A stretch of DNA of 41,945 bases, taken from positions 1 through 41,945 of the forward strand of contig CAZHZP010000001.1 of assembly GCA_964537165.1 (NCBI GenBank). The letters are read 5' to 3'. Below are positions 1 through 7,815 of the stretch, one piece after another (the stretch's first letter is position 1; each line of letters begins with the position of its first letter). The translations under genes were made by a program, and so were the position numbers. Source of the DNA: an uncultured Roseivirgaceae bacterium. GTDB lineage: Bacteria; Bacteroidota; Bacteroidia; Cytophagales; Cyclobacteriaceae. A model generated the notes under the pieces. It had not been told where the DNA came from. It worked only from the letters and a program-made list of their open reading frames with translations, and ran no database searches.

Positions 1-1045
1 CGATCCAGTCGGTATAGTGGGCGATGGCATTGACATTTTTCAGCGAAAGCAAGGGGCCTTCAAAGGTCGCCATACCATAGGCGGTAACCGCTACCAGCAT
101 AAACTTCAGGATAGGATCCACACGGACTTTGTCCCAGGCACCCCGCAGGGTAAGCAAGCCGTTGATCATACCTGCCCAAGAAGGCGCCAACAGCATCACA
201 GAAAAAGCCGTACCTAATACCTGTGCCCATTCAGGCAAGGCGGTGTACAACAAGTGGTGGGGGCCCGCCCAGATGTAGATAAAGATCAGGGCCCAGAAAT
301 GCACGATAGACAGCTTGTAGGAATAAACAGGTCTATTGGCGGCTTTGGGAAGAAAGTAATACATCAGTCCCAGATAGGGAGTGGTCAAAAAGAAAGCCAC
401 TGCATTGTGTCCGTACCACCATTGCACCAAGGCATCCTGCACACCTGCATAGGCAGAGTAACTTTTCATAAAAGAAACAGGCAATGCCAGAGAGTTGAAG
501 ATATGCAGTACGGCTACGGTTACAAAAGAGGCGAGGTAAAACCAAATGGCCACATACATATGGCGCTCTCTCCTATGGAGCAAAGTCCCAATCATATTGG
601 CGCCAAAGGCAACCCAAACCAACGTCAACAGAATGTCAATCGGCCACTCAAGTTCCGCATACTCCTTGGAAGAAGTAAAACCTAACAACAGGGTGATGAC
701 CGCAAGAACGATCACAGATTGCCAGCCCCAAAAATGGAACCAGCTCAGTCTTTTGTTCCACATAGGCGCTTTCAGCAGCCTCGGCATGGAATAGTAGATC
801 CCGGCAAAAATGGCGTTGCCCACAAACGCGAAAATCACCGCATTGGTATGTAAGGGCCTTATTCTACCGAAAGTAGTATAGGGGTTGTTAAAATTGGCTT
901 CGGGCAGGAATAGCTGAATAGCGGCTAACAGCCCGATAAGCATTCCGGTGAGCCCCCAGACAATAGTGGCCACTCCGAAGTACTTTACGATCTTATTGTC
1001 GTAACTGAACTTTTCCAGTGTTGCTCCAGATGTTAATTCTGACAT
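1..1045 (-). CDS. ccoN: cbb3-type cytochrome c oxidase subunit I (CcoN), N-terminal part; gene continues beyond the left edge
   Basis: Absent from the ORF track because it has no stop inside the window. Reverse-strand translation from the ATG at 1045-1043 reads [86 protein letters not shown]... It stays open down to position 2 (...[23 protein letters not shown]), which matches the conserved N-terminal half of CcoN. It sits 1 nt downstream of ccoS, the usual Bacteroidota ccoI-ccoS-ccoN order. Confidence 0.9.
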   Translation of the reverse strand, partial: MSELTSGATLEKFSYDNKIVKYFGVATIVWGLTGMLIGLLAAIQLFLPEANFNNPYTTFGRIRPLHTNAVIFAFVGNAIFAGIYYSMPRLLKAPMWNKRLSWFHFWGWQSVIVLAVITLLLGFTSSKEYAELEWPIDILLTLVWVAFGANMIGTLLHRRERHMYVAIWFYLASFVTVAVLHIFNSLALPVSFMKSYSAYAGVQDALVQWWYGHNAVAFFLTTPYLGLMYYFLPKAANRPVYSYKLSIVHFWALIFIYIWAGPHHLLYTALPEWAQVLGTAFSVMLLAPSWAGMINGLLTLRGAWDKVRVDPILKFMLVAVTAYGMATFEGPLLSLKNVNAIAHYTDWI

Positions 1046-1046
1046 T

Positions 1047-1229
1047 TTACTTAGATTTAGTAGACGTTGTTTTATTCTTTGGTGATTTGGTTTTCTGATC
1101 AAATAAAATCCTCACGGAAGGCGTGTAGTTATCATCATATTGCCCGCTCTTCATTGCCCTGAAAAACAGGAACAAAAAGCCGACAGCCAAAACCAAACTT
1201 ATCCCGATGAGGAGAAATATTATTTCCAT
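1047..1229 (-). CDS. ccoS: cbb3 oxidase maturation protein CcoS/FixS
   Basis: 60-aa single-TM protein. [33 protein letters not shown] fits the CcoS signature (TM helix followed by KSGQ[YF]DD). Located between ccoI and ccoN. Confidence 0.8.
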   Translation of the reverse strand: MEIIFLLIGISLVLAVGFLFLFFRAMKSGQYDDNYTPSVRILFDQKTKSPKNKTTSTKSK

Positions 1230-1233
1230 GTTG

Positions 1234-3648
1234 TTACGTTTTCGTCAATCCTTTTTTATAAGCCATGTAATTGGTCGTAAGGGTGGTGAAAAGAATTACA
1301 GATATGCTGCTGGCCGGCATGATTACCGCACAAAACACCGGACTTAACAGACCCTGTACAGCAAACGTGATCCCCACCACATTATAGGCAAAGCTTAACC
1401 CGAAACTCGCCATGATGATCTTTCGGCTGGTTTTGGCGAAAGCAAGGAAGGCCGGAATTTTGCCAAACACCTCCGCATCCATGATGGCATCACTCGCCGG
1501 AGAGAAATTGGTGATCCTGTCCGTCACCGCTATCCCTACATGGCTCTCCTTCAAAGCACCCGCATCATTCAACCCGTCGCCCAGCATAAGGGTGGTCGCT
1601 CCTTTTTGATTCAGCCTTTTTACATAGTTGAGCTTATCTTCGGGCCCTTGCTTAAATTTCATTTTGGCCTCATGGCCCAACACCTTTTGAAGGTTCTCTC
1701 TTTCATGGGAGTGGTCTCCGGAGAGCAGGTGGATGGATCTGTCTTGGCCAAGTCGCGAAACCACCTCTTCAACCTCCTTCCGCAGACCACTTTCAATAAA
1801 GAAATAGCCGAGCTGTTGTCCTTCTACCGTCAGATACACGTGGTTTCCCCCCTTTCTTCCTGAACCAGCACTTGCACCGGTGAAATCCCTCGAACCTAAC
1901 AGAAACTCCTGGCCTTTGTACACGGCGCGGAGACCGCTGCCGGAAATTTCCTCCACGTGTCCCAAAATGGCTCCCTTTTCACCCTCCAGCCAGCTATTGA
2001 TCCGGTTGCTCAACGGGTGGGTAGAATGGCTGACGATGGCTTTGATGATCTGACGGGTTTCAAGGGACAGCACTTCTCCGACAAATTCCACCGATGCATT
2101 GGCAGGAGCGGTGAGGGTGCCGGTCTTGTCGAAAATCACGGTATCGACCATAGCCATTTTTTCGATAACCGCTGCGTTTTTGAGGTACAGTTTGCTTTTG
2201 CCGAACGCCCTCAGCGTATTGCCTAAAGTAAAAGGCGTGGACATGGCCAAGGCGCAGGGACAGGCAATGATCAGTACCGAGGTAAAAGCTTTCAGGCCAA
2301 CAGACATATCCGTAAAGCTCCAGACAGCCAGCGAGGTAAACGCGATCAACAAAACGATGAGGGTAAACCACCTACTCGTTTTGGTGGCCAAAGACTCCAA
2401 AGAATGAACTTTCTCCTTCTCAAAGGACTGATTGTTCCAAAGCCCGGTCAGATATCCCTGCGATGGGACTTTTTGCACCGCCAGGGCTATTGATCCCCCT
2501 TTTTGTCTTCCCCCCGCATAGATCAACTGGCCTTTTCTTTTGGCCACCGGAACCTCTTCCCCGGTCACAAAACTATAATCGATGTGGGCCGCACCCTGCA
2601 CCAACAGGCTGTCAGAAGGTATCAGCTCATTGTTCCTAACCCTGATCAGATCCCCGACTTTGAGCCTGGCCAGAGGGATTACTTCCTCGGTATCCTGTAC
2701 CAACCGGGTAACTGCCATGGGGAAATAAGATCTGTAATCTCTGTCAAATGAGAGGGTATCGTAGGTCTTCTGCTGGTAAATCCTCCCGATCAGTAGGAAA
2801 AAGAGCAATCCGCCCAATGTGTCCATATAGCCCGCCTCCCCTATGAAAATAATGAGGTAGAGGGAATAAAAGAACAAAGCAAAAATCCCCAGAACAATGG
2901 GCACATCCATGTTGACGGTTTTACTCTTCAGTGCCAGCCAGGCGGATTTATAGTAATCCGAGGCGGAATAAAAAAACACCGGCAGGGCCAGGAAAACATT
3001 CAGATAGTTGAACAACCCGTGGAACTGGCTACCTAGAAGCTCCGCTTCGGAGAAGTATTCCGGCAGGCTGAAGAACATCATATTCCCGAAGCAGAAGCCT
3101 GCGACGGCTAACTTGTAGATGGTTCTTTTGTCGGCTTTGGGGGTAGCCCGGCCCTCCAGATCAGAAAGGTTGATGGCAGGCTCATAGCCGATCTTCGCCA
3201 AGAGCTGCACGACCTCTTTTAGGGAAACAGTCTCCTGTAAAAATTTTATCTTGACCTTCTTTTTGATAAAGTCCACCCTTCCGGAAATGACCCCCGGGTT
3301 TAGTTTATGAAGGTTCTCCAGCAGCCAGATGCAGGAAGCGCAGTGAATGACCGGAATATTGAAAGTAATGTGGTTTTCGCTCTCGTTGCTGAAATCAAGC
3401 AATTTCTGCGTGACCTCTGCATCATCCAGGTAATCGAAGCGATTGCTTTGTCCTTTGCCGGATTTTTGTGTGGCTCCTGGGCTGGGAGCTATATCATAGT
3501 AACTGCCGAGATCACTTTCCTGAAGCACCTCAAAGACCAGTTTACATCCCGTGCAGCAGAAACTTTTATCGTCAACATGAAGAATCTCCTCCCGACAATC
3601 CTCCCCACAGTGGTAGCAAGTAGTTGTTTTATGATCGGTTAACTTCAT
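1234..3648 (-). CDS. ccoI: copper-translocating P1B-type ATPase of the cbb3 maturation pathway (CcoI/FixI)
   Basis: 804 aa. N-terminal Cys-rich region (CYHCGEDC, CCTGC), CPC transduction motif (IIACPCALAMSTP), DKTGTLT phosphorylation site and GDGLNDAGAL hinge. Operon context with ccoS and ccoN. Confidence 0.9.
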   Translation of the reverse strand: MKLTDHKTTTCYHCGEDCREEILHVDDKSFCCTGCKLVFEVLQESDLGSYYDIAPSPGATQKSGKGQSNRFDYLDDAEVTQKLLDFSNESENHITFNIPVIHCASCIWLLENLHKLNPGVISGRVDFIKKKVKIKFLQETVSLKEVVQLLAKIGYEPAINLSDLEGRATPKADKRTIYKLAVAGFCFGNMMFFSLPEYFSEAELLGSQFHGLFNYLNVFLALPVFFYSASDYYKSAWLALKSKTVNMDVPIVLGIFALFFYSLYLIIFIGEAGYMDTLGGLLFFLLIGRIYQQKTYDTLSFDRDYRSYFPMAVTRLVQDTEEVIPLARLKVGDLIRVRNNELIPSDSLLVQGAAHIDYSFVTGEEVPVAKRKGQLIYAGGRQKGGSIALAVQKVPSQGYLTGLWNNQSFEKEKVHSLESLATKTSRWFTLIVLLIAFTSLAVWSFTDMSVGLKAFTSVLIIACPCALAMSTPFTLGNTLRAFGKSKLYLKNAAVIEKMAMVDTVIFDKTGTLTAPANASVEFVGEVLSLETRQIIKAIVSHSTHPLSNRINSWLEGEKGAILGHVEEISGSGLRAVYKGQEFLLGSRDFTGASAGSGRKGGNHVYLTVEGQQLGYFFIESGLRKEVEEVVSRLGQDRSIHLLSGDHSHERENLQKVLGHEAKMKFKQGPEDKLNYVKRLNQKGATTLMLGDGLNDAGALKESHVGIAVTDRITNFSPASDAIMDAEVFGKIPAFLAFAKTSRKIIMASFGLSFAYNVVGITFAVQGLLSPVFCAVIMPASSISVILFTTLTTNYMAYKKGLTKT

Positions 3649-3663
3649 TTGGTACTATTTTGA

Positions 3664-3671
3664 CAAAAGTG
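3664..3671 (-). promoter_or_regulatory. near-consensus Bacteroidota -7 box (CACTTTTG on the minus strand) upstream of ccoI
   Basis: 7 of 8 match to TAnnTTTG, 16-23 nt upstream of the ccoI ATG. Its centre lies about 33 nt from the centre of the palindrome at 3692-3709, so the palindrome occupies the -33/-41 region. Confidence 0.3.
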
Positions 3672-3691
3672 TTTTAAGAATATTTGAAAAT

Positions 3692-3709
3692 ACATGATTT
3701 TTGTCATGT
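3692..3709. promoter_or_regulatory. FNR/CRP-family operator-like palindrome ACATGATTTTTGTCATGT
   Basis: TGA-N6-TCA core with symmetric CA/TG flanks, about 45 nt upstream of the ccoI start. Near-identical copy at 4441-4458, and both are followed by the identical extension GTCATGTTTTGG. Confidence 0.5.
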
Positions 3710-3734
3710 TTTGGCTATAGTACTACATAATTCC

Positions 3735-4391
3735 CTAAAGTGCTAAATAAAAAGACAACCTGTTGTACCACATTCCGCCTTTATAGAAGTGAAAGAGCAC
3801 CTTGGCCAGGTCAGCTTGGTAGTTTTTGGTGGTGACCAACAAGGTATATTCATGTTTCACCGCATAAGACCAGAAGTCCCCCATCCGGTTGAAATTGAAC
3901 TTGATAAAGGAAGTTTCGGCTGTGGCCTTGTTCACCAACTGAATCAGCTCCTGCTCTTCCTTCATTTTTGACTTGGGAATAAAGCTGGGAGAAATAATAG
4001 TGGCACTGCTTTTTTTTAAAGCCGGCTCAAAGAGCTCCACAAAACGCCTGATCAATCGGGCGGATGGAGGATTTCCCTCATAATGGAACAGTAGCTTTTC
4101 GAAAGACAACACCTCATCATACAGCAATAAGGGAGTGATGCAGGGCTTCTCTTCAAGGATGCTGGCGTTTTTGAGACCATGTAACCAATTTAGGATCTCA
4201 GACAGCCGGGCAGTGTAGAGATGCGGGTTGCCCGTGACCGCGTCCGGGGCTTCATCCAGCGTAGTCTGGAAAAGCCCCTCTTGAAAATCAGCCGGAACCT
4301 CTTGACAATAATGCTCCCTGACCAATCCCCGCGGAAATAAAAACTGCTGATACGTCCCTGATAACATCTGCATAGTCGCCGTTATTTTCAC
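3735..4391 (-). CDS. hypothetical protein (218 aa from GTG; no family recognised)
   Basis: Long ORF in a gap not covered by any other gene, preceded by the palindrome at 4441-4458. The exact -7 box TAGTTTTG (4392-4399, minus strand) abuts the GTG, so the true start may be the ATG at 4373 or 4367 (MQMLSGTYQQ...). Confidence 0.6.
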   Translation of the reverse strand: MKITATMQMLSGTYQQFLFPRGLVREHYCQEVPADFQEGLFQTTLDEAPDAVTGNPHLYTARLSEILNWLHGLKNASILEEKPCITPLLLYDEVLSFEKLLFHYEGNPPSARLIRRFVELFEPALKKSSATIISPSFIPKSKMKEEQELIQLVNKATAETSFIKFNFNRMGDFWSYAVKHEYTLLVTTKNYQADLAKVLFHFYKGGMWYNRLSFYLAL

Positions 4392-4399
4392 AAAACTAA
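4392..4399 (-). promoter_or_regulatory. Bacteroidota -7 box TAGTTTTG (minus strand)
   Basis: Exact TAnnTTTG match immediately upstream of the 218-aa ORF. Confidence 0.35.
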
Positions 4400-4440
4400 A
4401 TAGGACTCAAGACGCACGAGCTGATAAGGAGAAGGTCAAA

Positions 4441-4458
4441 ACATGATAAAAGTCATGT
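4441..4458. promoter_or_regulatory. FNR/CRP-family operator-like palindrome ACATGATAAAAGTCATGT
   Basis: Same architecture as 3692-3709 (TGA-N6-TCA, CATGA/TCATG arms, extendable to AAACATGA...TCATGTTT). About 50 nt upstream of the 218-aa ORF. Confidence 0.5.
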
Positions 4459-4699
4459 TTTGGAGTGGAAAGTAGGAAATGGGAAGGATGTGTCACGGAT
4501 ATCTTGATATTGACTGTTGAACATTTGATTATTGTTTATTCAACCATTCCACATTCAATGCACCATTTGCGATGTTCAAGTGAAAAGAACCAAGAGAAAA
4601 AAGGCCAACTAAAATCAGGACGTAAAAAATTGCCCCCAACTTTAAATTGAACGAATAAGAAGCGGAAGGAATTGATGCGGAATCTAAAATTTTCTTATC

Positions 4700-5422
4700 T
4701 TGGTCCATTCAAACCAAAATAACCGCACCTTGAAGCCAACCTGCACTTTATTCTCCCTTCTTCTTTTATTTACCTTCGTCATTAGCTCCTGCTCTTCCTC
4801 CAAAAGCCTATTCAATGGGAAAGATCTTAGTGGCTGGCAGATGGATGTACCCGAGCTGGACAAGAATCCCGATGCGGTGAAGCCGTTTCTGGTGAGGGAC
4901 GGGATGCTGGTCAGCCTGGGAACCCCCGGTGGCCATTTGGTATCCGATAAGGAATATGAAAACTACAGACTGGAGGTTGAATACCGCTTTGCCGCAAGCC
5001 CGGGTAACTGTGGCGTATTGGTTCATGCCTCTACTCCCCGTTCGCTCTACGGCATGTTTCCCCAATCCATCGAAGTGCAGATGATGCATGAGAATGCCGG
5101 CGACTTTTGGTGTATCGTGGAAGACATCAAGGTGCCGGATATGGTGGCCCGCCGTGGTCCTGAGAAAGATTGGGGCATTGTGGAAGGCAAAAACCGAAGG
5201 ATACTCAACCTCACAGACGGATCGGAAAACCCTGTCGGAGAATGGAACAGCATGACCATCGAATGCCTGGCCGACAGTGTCAAAGTATGGGTCAATGGCG
5301 ATTTGGTCAACTTCGGCTATGAAGCCACGGCCCAAAAAGGACGGGTGGCTTTACAAGCAGAAGGATCGGAAGTAGAGTTCAGGAAGATCGTGATGACCCC
5401 GATTAAGAAATTGACGGATTGA
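4700..5422 (+). CDS. DUF1080 (3-keto-disaccharide hydrolase-like, LamG-fold) lipoprotein
   Basis: LFNGKDLSGWQ near the N-terminus, GEWNSMTIEC...VWVNGDLVN and RVALQAEGSEVEFRKIVMTPI at the C-terminus are typical DUF1080 blocks. Lipobox FVISSC. There is no in-frame ATG before the signal peptide. A TTG at 4730 (MKPTCTLFSLLLLF...) gives a better signal peptide than the TTG at 4700. Confidence 0.8.
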   Translation: MVHSNQNNRTLKPTCTLFSLLLLFTFVISSCSSSKSLFNGKDLSGWQMDVPELDKNPDAVKPFLVRDGMLVSLGTPGGHLVSDKEYENYRLEVEYRFAASPGNCGVLVHASTPRSLYGMFPQSIEVQMMHENAGDFWCIVEDIKVPDMVARRGPEKDWGIVEGKNRRILNLTDGSENPVGEWNSMTIECLADSVKVWVNGDLVNFGYEATAQKGRVALQAEGSEVEFRKIVMTPIKKLTD

Positions 5423-5956
5423 TTACAGCATCTCCAGCCCTTTGTTGCCATAGTACGAGCCAATCGCCATGACGATGCAAGCGATGATGACCCCGATGCT
5501 TACCGCCCAAAAGGCTTTGTGACGGTCTATTTTAAGAACATAGGCGGCGATTGTGCCCAAATAGGCACCAGTTCCCGGCAACGGCACCATCACAAATACC
5601 ATCAAGGCCCAAAAGCCGTATTTCTGCATATTGGGGCCCACCCCATTTTTAGCCCGGCGTGACAATTTCACCACTCCTTTTCTGTACATCCGATTGGGCC
5701 ACAACTTTGCACTAAAGGTATCAATCAGCCACATCAAGAGTGGGAAAATCAATAAATTGCCTCCCAAGCCGACAGCGAAGGCCAAAAAAAACGGAACATC
5801 CTGCAGAATAGCGTAAGGAATACCCGTACGGGCTTCGCCGAGCGGAGAAATGCTTAGGAGAAATGTATAAATCAGTTTTTCAATCATTTCGACGATGATA
5901 ATAGAGGTGCTGTCCAAAACAGGTTGAGAAAGTGTCCGATCGATTTCGGCTGGCAT
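5423..5956 (-). CDS. small multidrug-export-like membrane protein (Sm_multidrug_ex-type family)
   Basis: LLSISPLGEARTGIPYAI followed by several hydrophobic helices matches what I recall of this family. The likely true start is the internal MIEKLIYTF at 5887. Its stop abuts the convergent DUF1080 gene with no spacer. Confidence 0.65.
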   Translation of the reverse strand: MPAEIDRTLSQPVLDSTSIIIVEMIEKLIYTFLLSISPLGEARTGIPYAILQDVPFFLAFAVGLGGNLLIFPLLMWLIDTFSAKLWPNRMYRKGVVKLSRRAKNGVGPNMQKYGFWALMVFVMVPLPGTGAYLGTIAAYVLKIDRHKAFWAVSIGVIIACIVMAIGSYYGNKGLEML

Positions 5957-5999
5957 AACCGAAAGATAGAAATCACTACCAGAAGTTCGCTACTGACCT

Positions 6000-6314
6000 T
6001 CAGGGTGCATGGATCAATATGTGATCAAAAGCCGTCTTTATAAGGGGAGACTGAAAAAAGCTTTCTAAATGGAGGTAGGGCGCCTGTCTGATTAACAGAA
6101 CGGCTGATGTGTTTTCCCAAAAAAGACTGGTAAAACACTTCTTTAGAGAAGAAGCAGGATGGGACAAGAAAAGACCCTCCCATTGCGCACAGTCACCATC
6201 CGCGTAAACCTCATCTGACACCCCTTCCAATGTTAAAGGAGCAGTTTTTCCGTAGGCAGCCAGTCCCACCAGAATCCCCGCAATTGCTACTAAGAAAAAA
6301 ATCTTACGTTTCAT
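6000..6314 (-). CDS. hypothetical secreted or membrane-anchored small protein
   Basis: The ORF-track version starts at 6377 with an ATGA overlap on the regulator's stop. MKRKIFFLVAIAGILVGLAAYG at 6314 is a much better signal-peptide start. No family recognised. Confidence 0.45.
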   Translation of the reverse strand: MKRKIFFLVAIAGILVGLAAYGKTAPLTLEGVSDEVYADGDCAQWEGLFLSHPASSLKKCFTSLFWENTSAVLLIRQAPYLHLESFFQSPLIKTAFDHILIHAP

Positions 6315-6373
6315 TCGGGTGCAAAAGTAATAGTTCCATTTAAATAATAGCGCTGGCCTGAATGAATATCCAA

Positions 6374-7093
6374 TCATCCATAAAAATCCGATAACCTGGC
6401 CAACCCACGCTTATCTAAAATCACTATCTTTTTCCCTTCGAATTCAATCAGGCTATCCTTCTTAAACTCCGACAGTAACCGTATCACCGTTTCTGTAGCG
6501 GTACCGACCAGTCCGGCCAGCTCTTCTCTGGTCAGGGCTATGTCGATTTTGTTGCTTTCCTCTCCTTCCACCCCATAGTTGTCAGAAAGTTTGAGAAGGG
6601 CAAAAGCCAGTCTTTCGCGAATCGTTTTCTGGGTCGCATCCGTCAGTTTATCTTCCATCACGCCCAGATCCTGACATAGCGCCTGGGTGATCCGTCGGTG
6701 AAAACGGGTGTCTGCGGCCAGGATGTCCAGAAAAGTTTCTTTAGGCACAAAACAGATTTTGGCATCCTCCACTATGGTAGCGGTATTACTGTAAGTCTCC
6801 TCACCGATTAAGGACGTATATCCCAAAAACTCCCCCCGCTTGGCCAATCTGATGATTTGCTCTTTTCCATTGGACGCCGTTTTAATAACCTTCACCACAC
6901 CACTACTGATACAAAAAACTCCCAAGGGACGCGTGCCCTCGTAATAGAGTATCTGCCCTTTTTTGTGGGAAATGGTATTTTTATTCTCAGTCACACTGCA
7001 TAGATGTTTTTCCGACAAGTCAGAGAACATCGAGTGTTTACGGCTCAAGCAAAGTTCACAAGGAGAGTTCTTTTCTTTAACAGACATACCCAT
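6374..7093 (-). CDS. Crp/Fnr-family transcriptional regulator, FNR-like
   Basis: 239 aa with an N-terminal Cys cluster (CELC...C), a cNMP-binding-like beta-roll (KGQILYYEGTRPLGVFCISSGVVKV) and a C-terminal HTH. Its recognition helix TATETVIRLLSEF resembles E. coli FNR ETISRLLGRF. Confidence 0.85.
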   Translation of the reverse strand: MGMSVKEKNSPCELCLSRKHSMFSDLSEKHLCSVTENKNTISHKKGQILYYEGTRPLGVFCISSGVVKVIKTASNGKEQIIRLAKRGEFLGYTSLIGEETYSNTATIVEDAKICFVPKETFLDILAADTRFHRRITQALCQDLGVMEDKLTDATQKTIRERLAFALLKLSDNYGVEGEESNKIDIALTREELAGLVGTATETVIRLLSEFKKDSLIEFEGKKIVILDKRGLARLSDFYG

Positions 7094-7111
7094 CGTGTTT
7101 TTAATTTTCTA

Positions 7112-7119
7112 CAAAGGTA
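7112..7119 (-). promoter_or_regulatory. Bacteroidota -7 box TACCTTTG (minus strand) upstream of the FNR-like gene
   Basis: Exact TAnnTTTG match 19-26 nt upstream of the ATG at 7093. Its centre is 31 nt from the centre of the TGATAAAGATCA box. Confidence 0.4.
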
Positions 7120-7140
7120 CAATATAAACAAAAGAAAACC

Positions 7141-7152
7141 TGATAAAGATCA
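7141..7152. promoter_or_regulatory. FNR-box-like palindrome TGATAAAGATCA
   Basis: Perfect TGAT-N4-ATCA, 48 nt upstream of the regulator's own start codon, so it is a candidate autoregulatory site. Confidence 0.45.
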
Positions 7153-7289
7153 TTGTTAAGTACACAATACAGAGACACCGATATCGAGACAGTAAGGCCT
7201 TTGTTGAAAAACACACGCTGCGTCCAATCTATGACAAGTACTCGCTGTCTGCCCAATCAGCAGCAACAATCCGGGGAAAGTGGTTAAGG

Positions 7290-7787
7290 CTATTGGACGG
7301 GTAGAAAGTCAGGAAAATCCCTCAGTTGGCGATAGGATCCCGAGCCGCTGTCATGTTCCAGGCAAAGATGTTGTATCCCATTAGAAATAGCCAGAAACCT
7401 GGCGCCAATGGCTTTATTGTACACCGCAATCTGTTCCGCGGTCTTTTGGCTCAACCTGACCTCAGGCGCTTTGCATTCTACCAACAAGAAGGGCAACCCA
7501 TCCCTATCCAGGACAAGGATATCAAAACGCTTCTGTATTTGGTTGTACTTGAGGCCTCTCTCCAAGGAAAATAGGCTTTTCGGGTATTCTTTATGGCCAA
7601 TCAAATAATGGATGATGTGCTGCCTCACCCATTCTTCAGGGGTTAAAACCAAAAACTTCTTTCTCAGTGAATCAAAAACGCTTAATTTCCCCTCTTCATC
7701 CTGTATTTGGAGGTGACAAGTTGGAAGATTCAGCGGATCTTTCAAAAAACGGTAGCTACTCTCGATCATAAGACAAATATGGGACAT
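7290..7787 (-). CDS. stand-alone HsdR N-terminal-like (PD-(D/E)xK nuclease fold) domain protein
   Basis: LTPEEWVRQH...RFDILVLDRDGLPFLLVECKAPEV...IAVYNKAIGARFLAISNG matches the type I restriction enzyme R-subunit N-terminal domain family (D...ExK core). No helicase, methylase or specificity gene is nearby. Confidence 0.7.
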   Translation of the reverse strand: MSHICLMIESSYRFLKDPLNLPTCHLQIQDEEGKLSVFDSLRKKFLVLTPEEWVRQHIIHYLIGHKEYPKSLFSLERGLKYNQIQKRFDILVLDRDGLPFLLVECKAPEVRLSQKTAEQIAVYNKAIGARFLAISNGIQHLCLEHDSGSGSYRQLRDFPDFLPVQ

Positions 7788-7815
7788 CCGCTTTGATATC
7801 TAAAACAATAAAGAA

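Noticed and set aside
254-685. 143-aa plus-strand ORF (and neighbours at 17-217 and 546-794)
   Set aside because: It lies entirely antisense to the strongly supported ccoN reading frame, so it is a shadow ORF.
4465-4650. 61-aa GTG-initiated ORF between the 218-aa gene and the DUF1080 gene
   Set aside because: Low-complexity, Lys-rich tail and no motif. The region is more plausibly divergent promoter DNA. It contains several TTGA repeats, but I could not assemble them into a convincing site.
4808-5335. 175-aa minus-strand ORF
   Set aside because: Antisense to the DUF1080 gene, which has clear family motifs.
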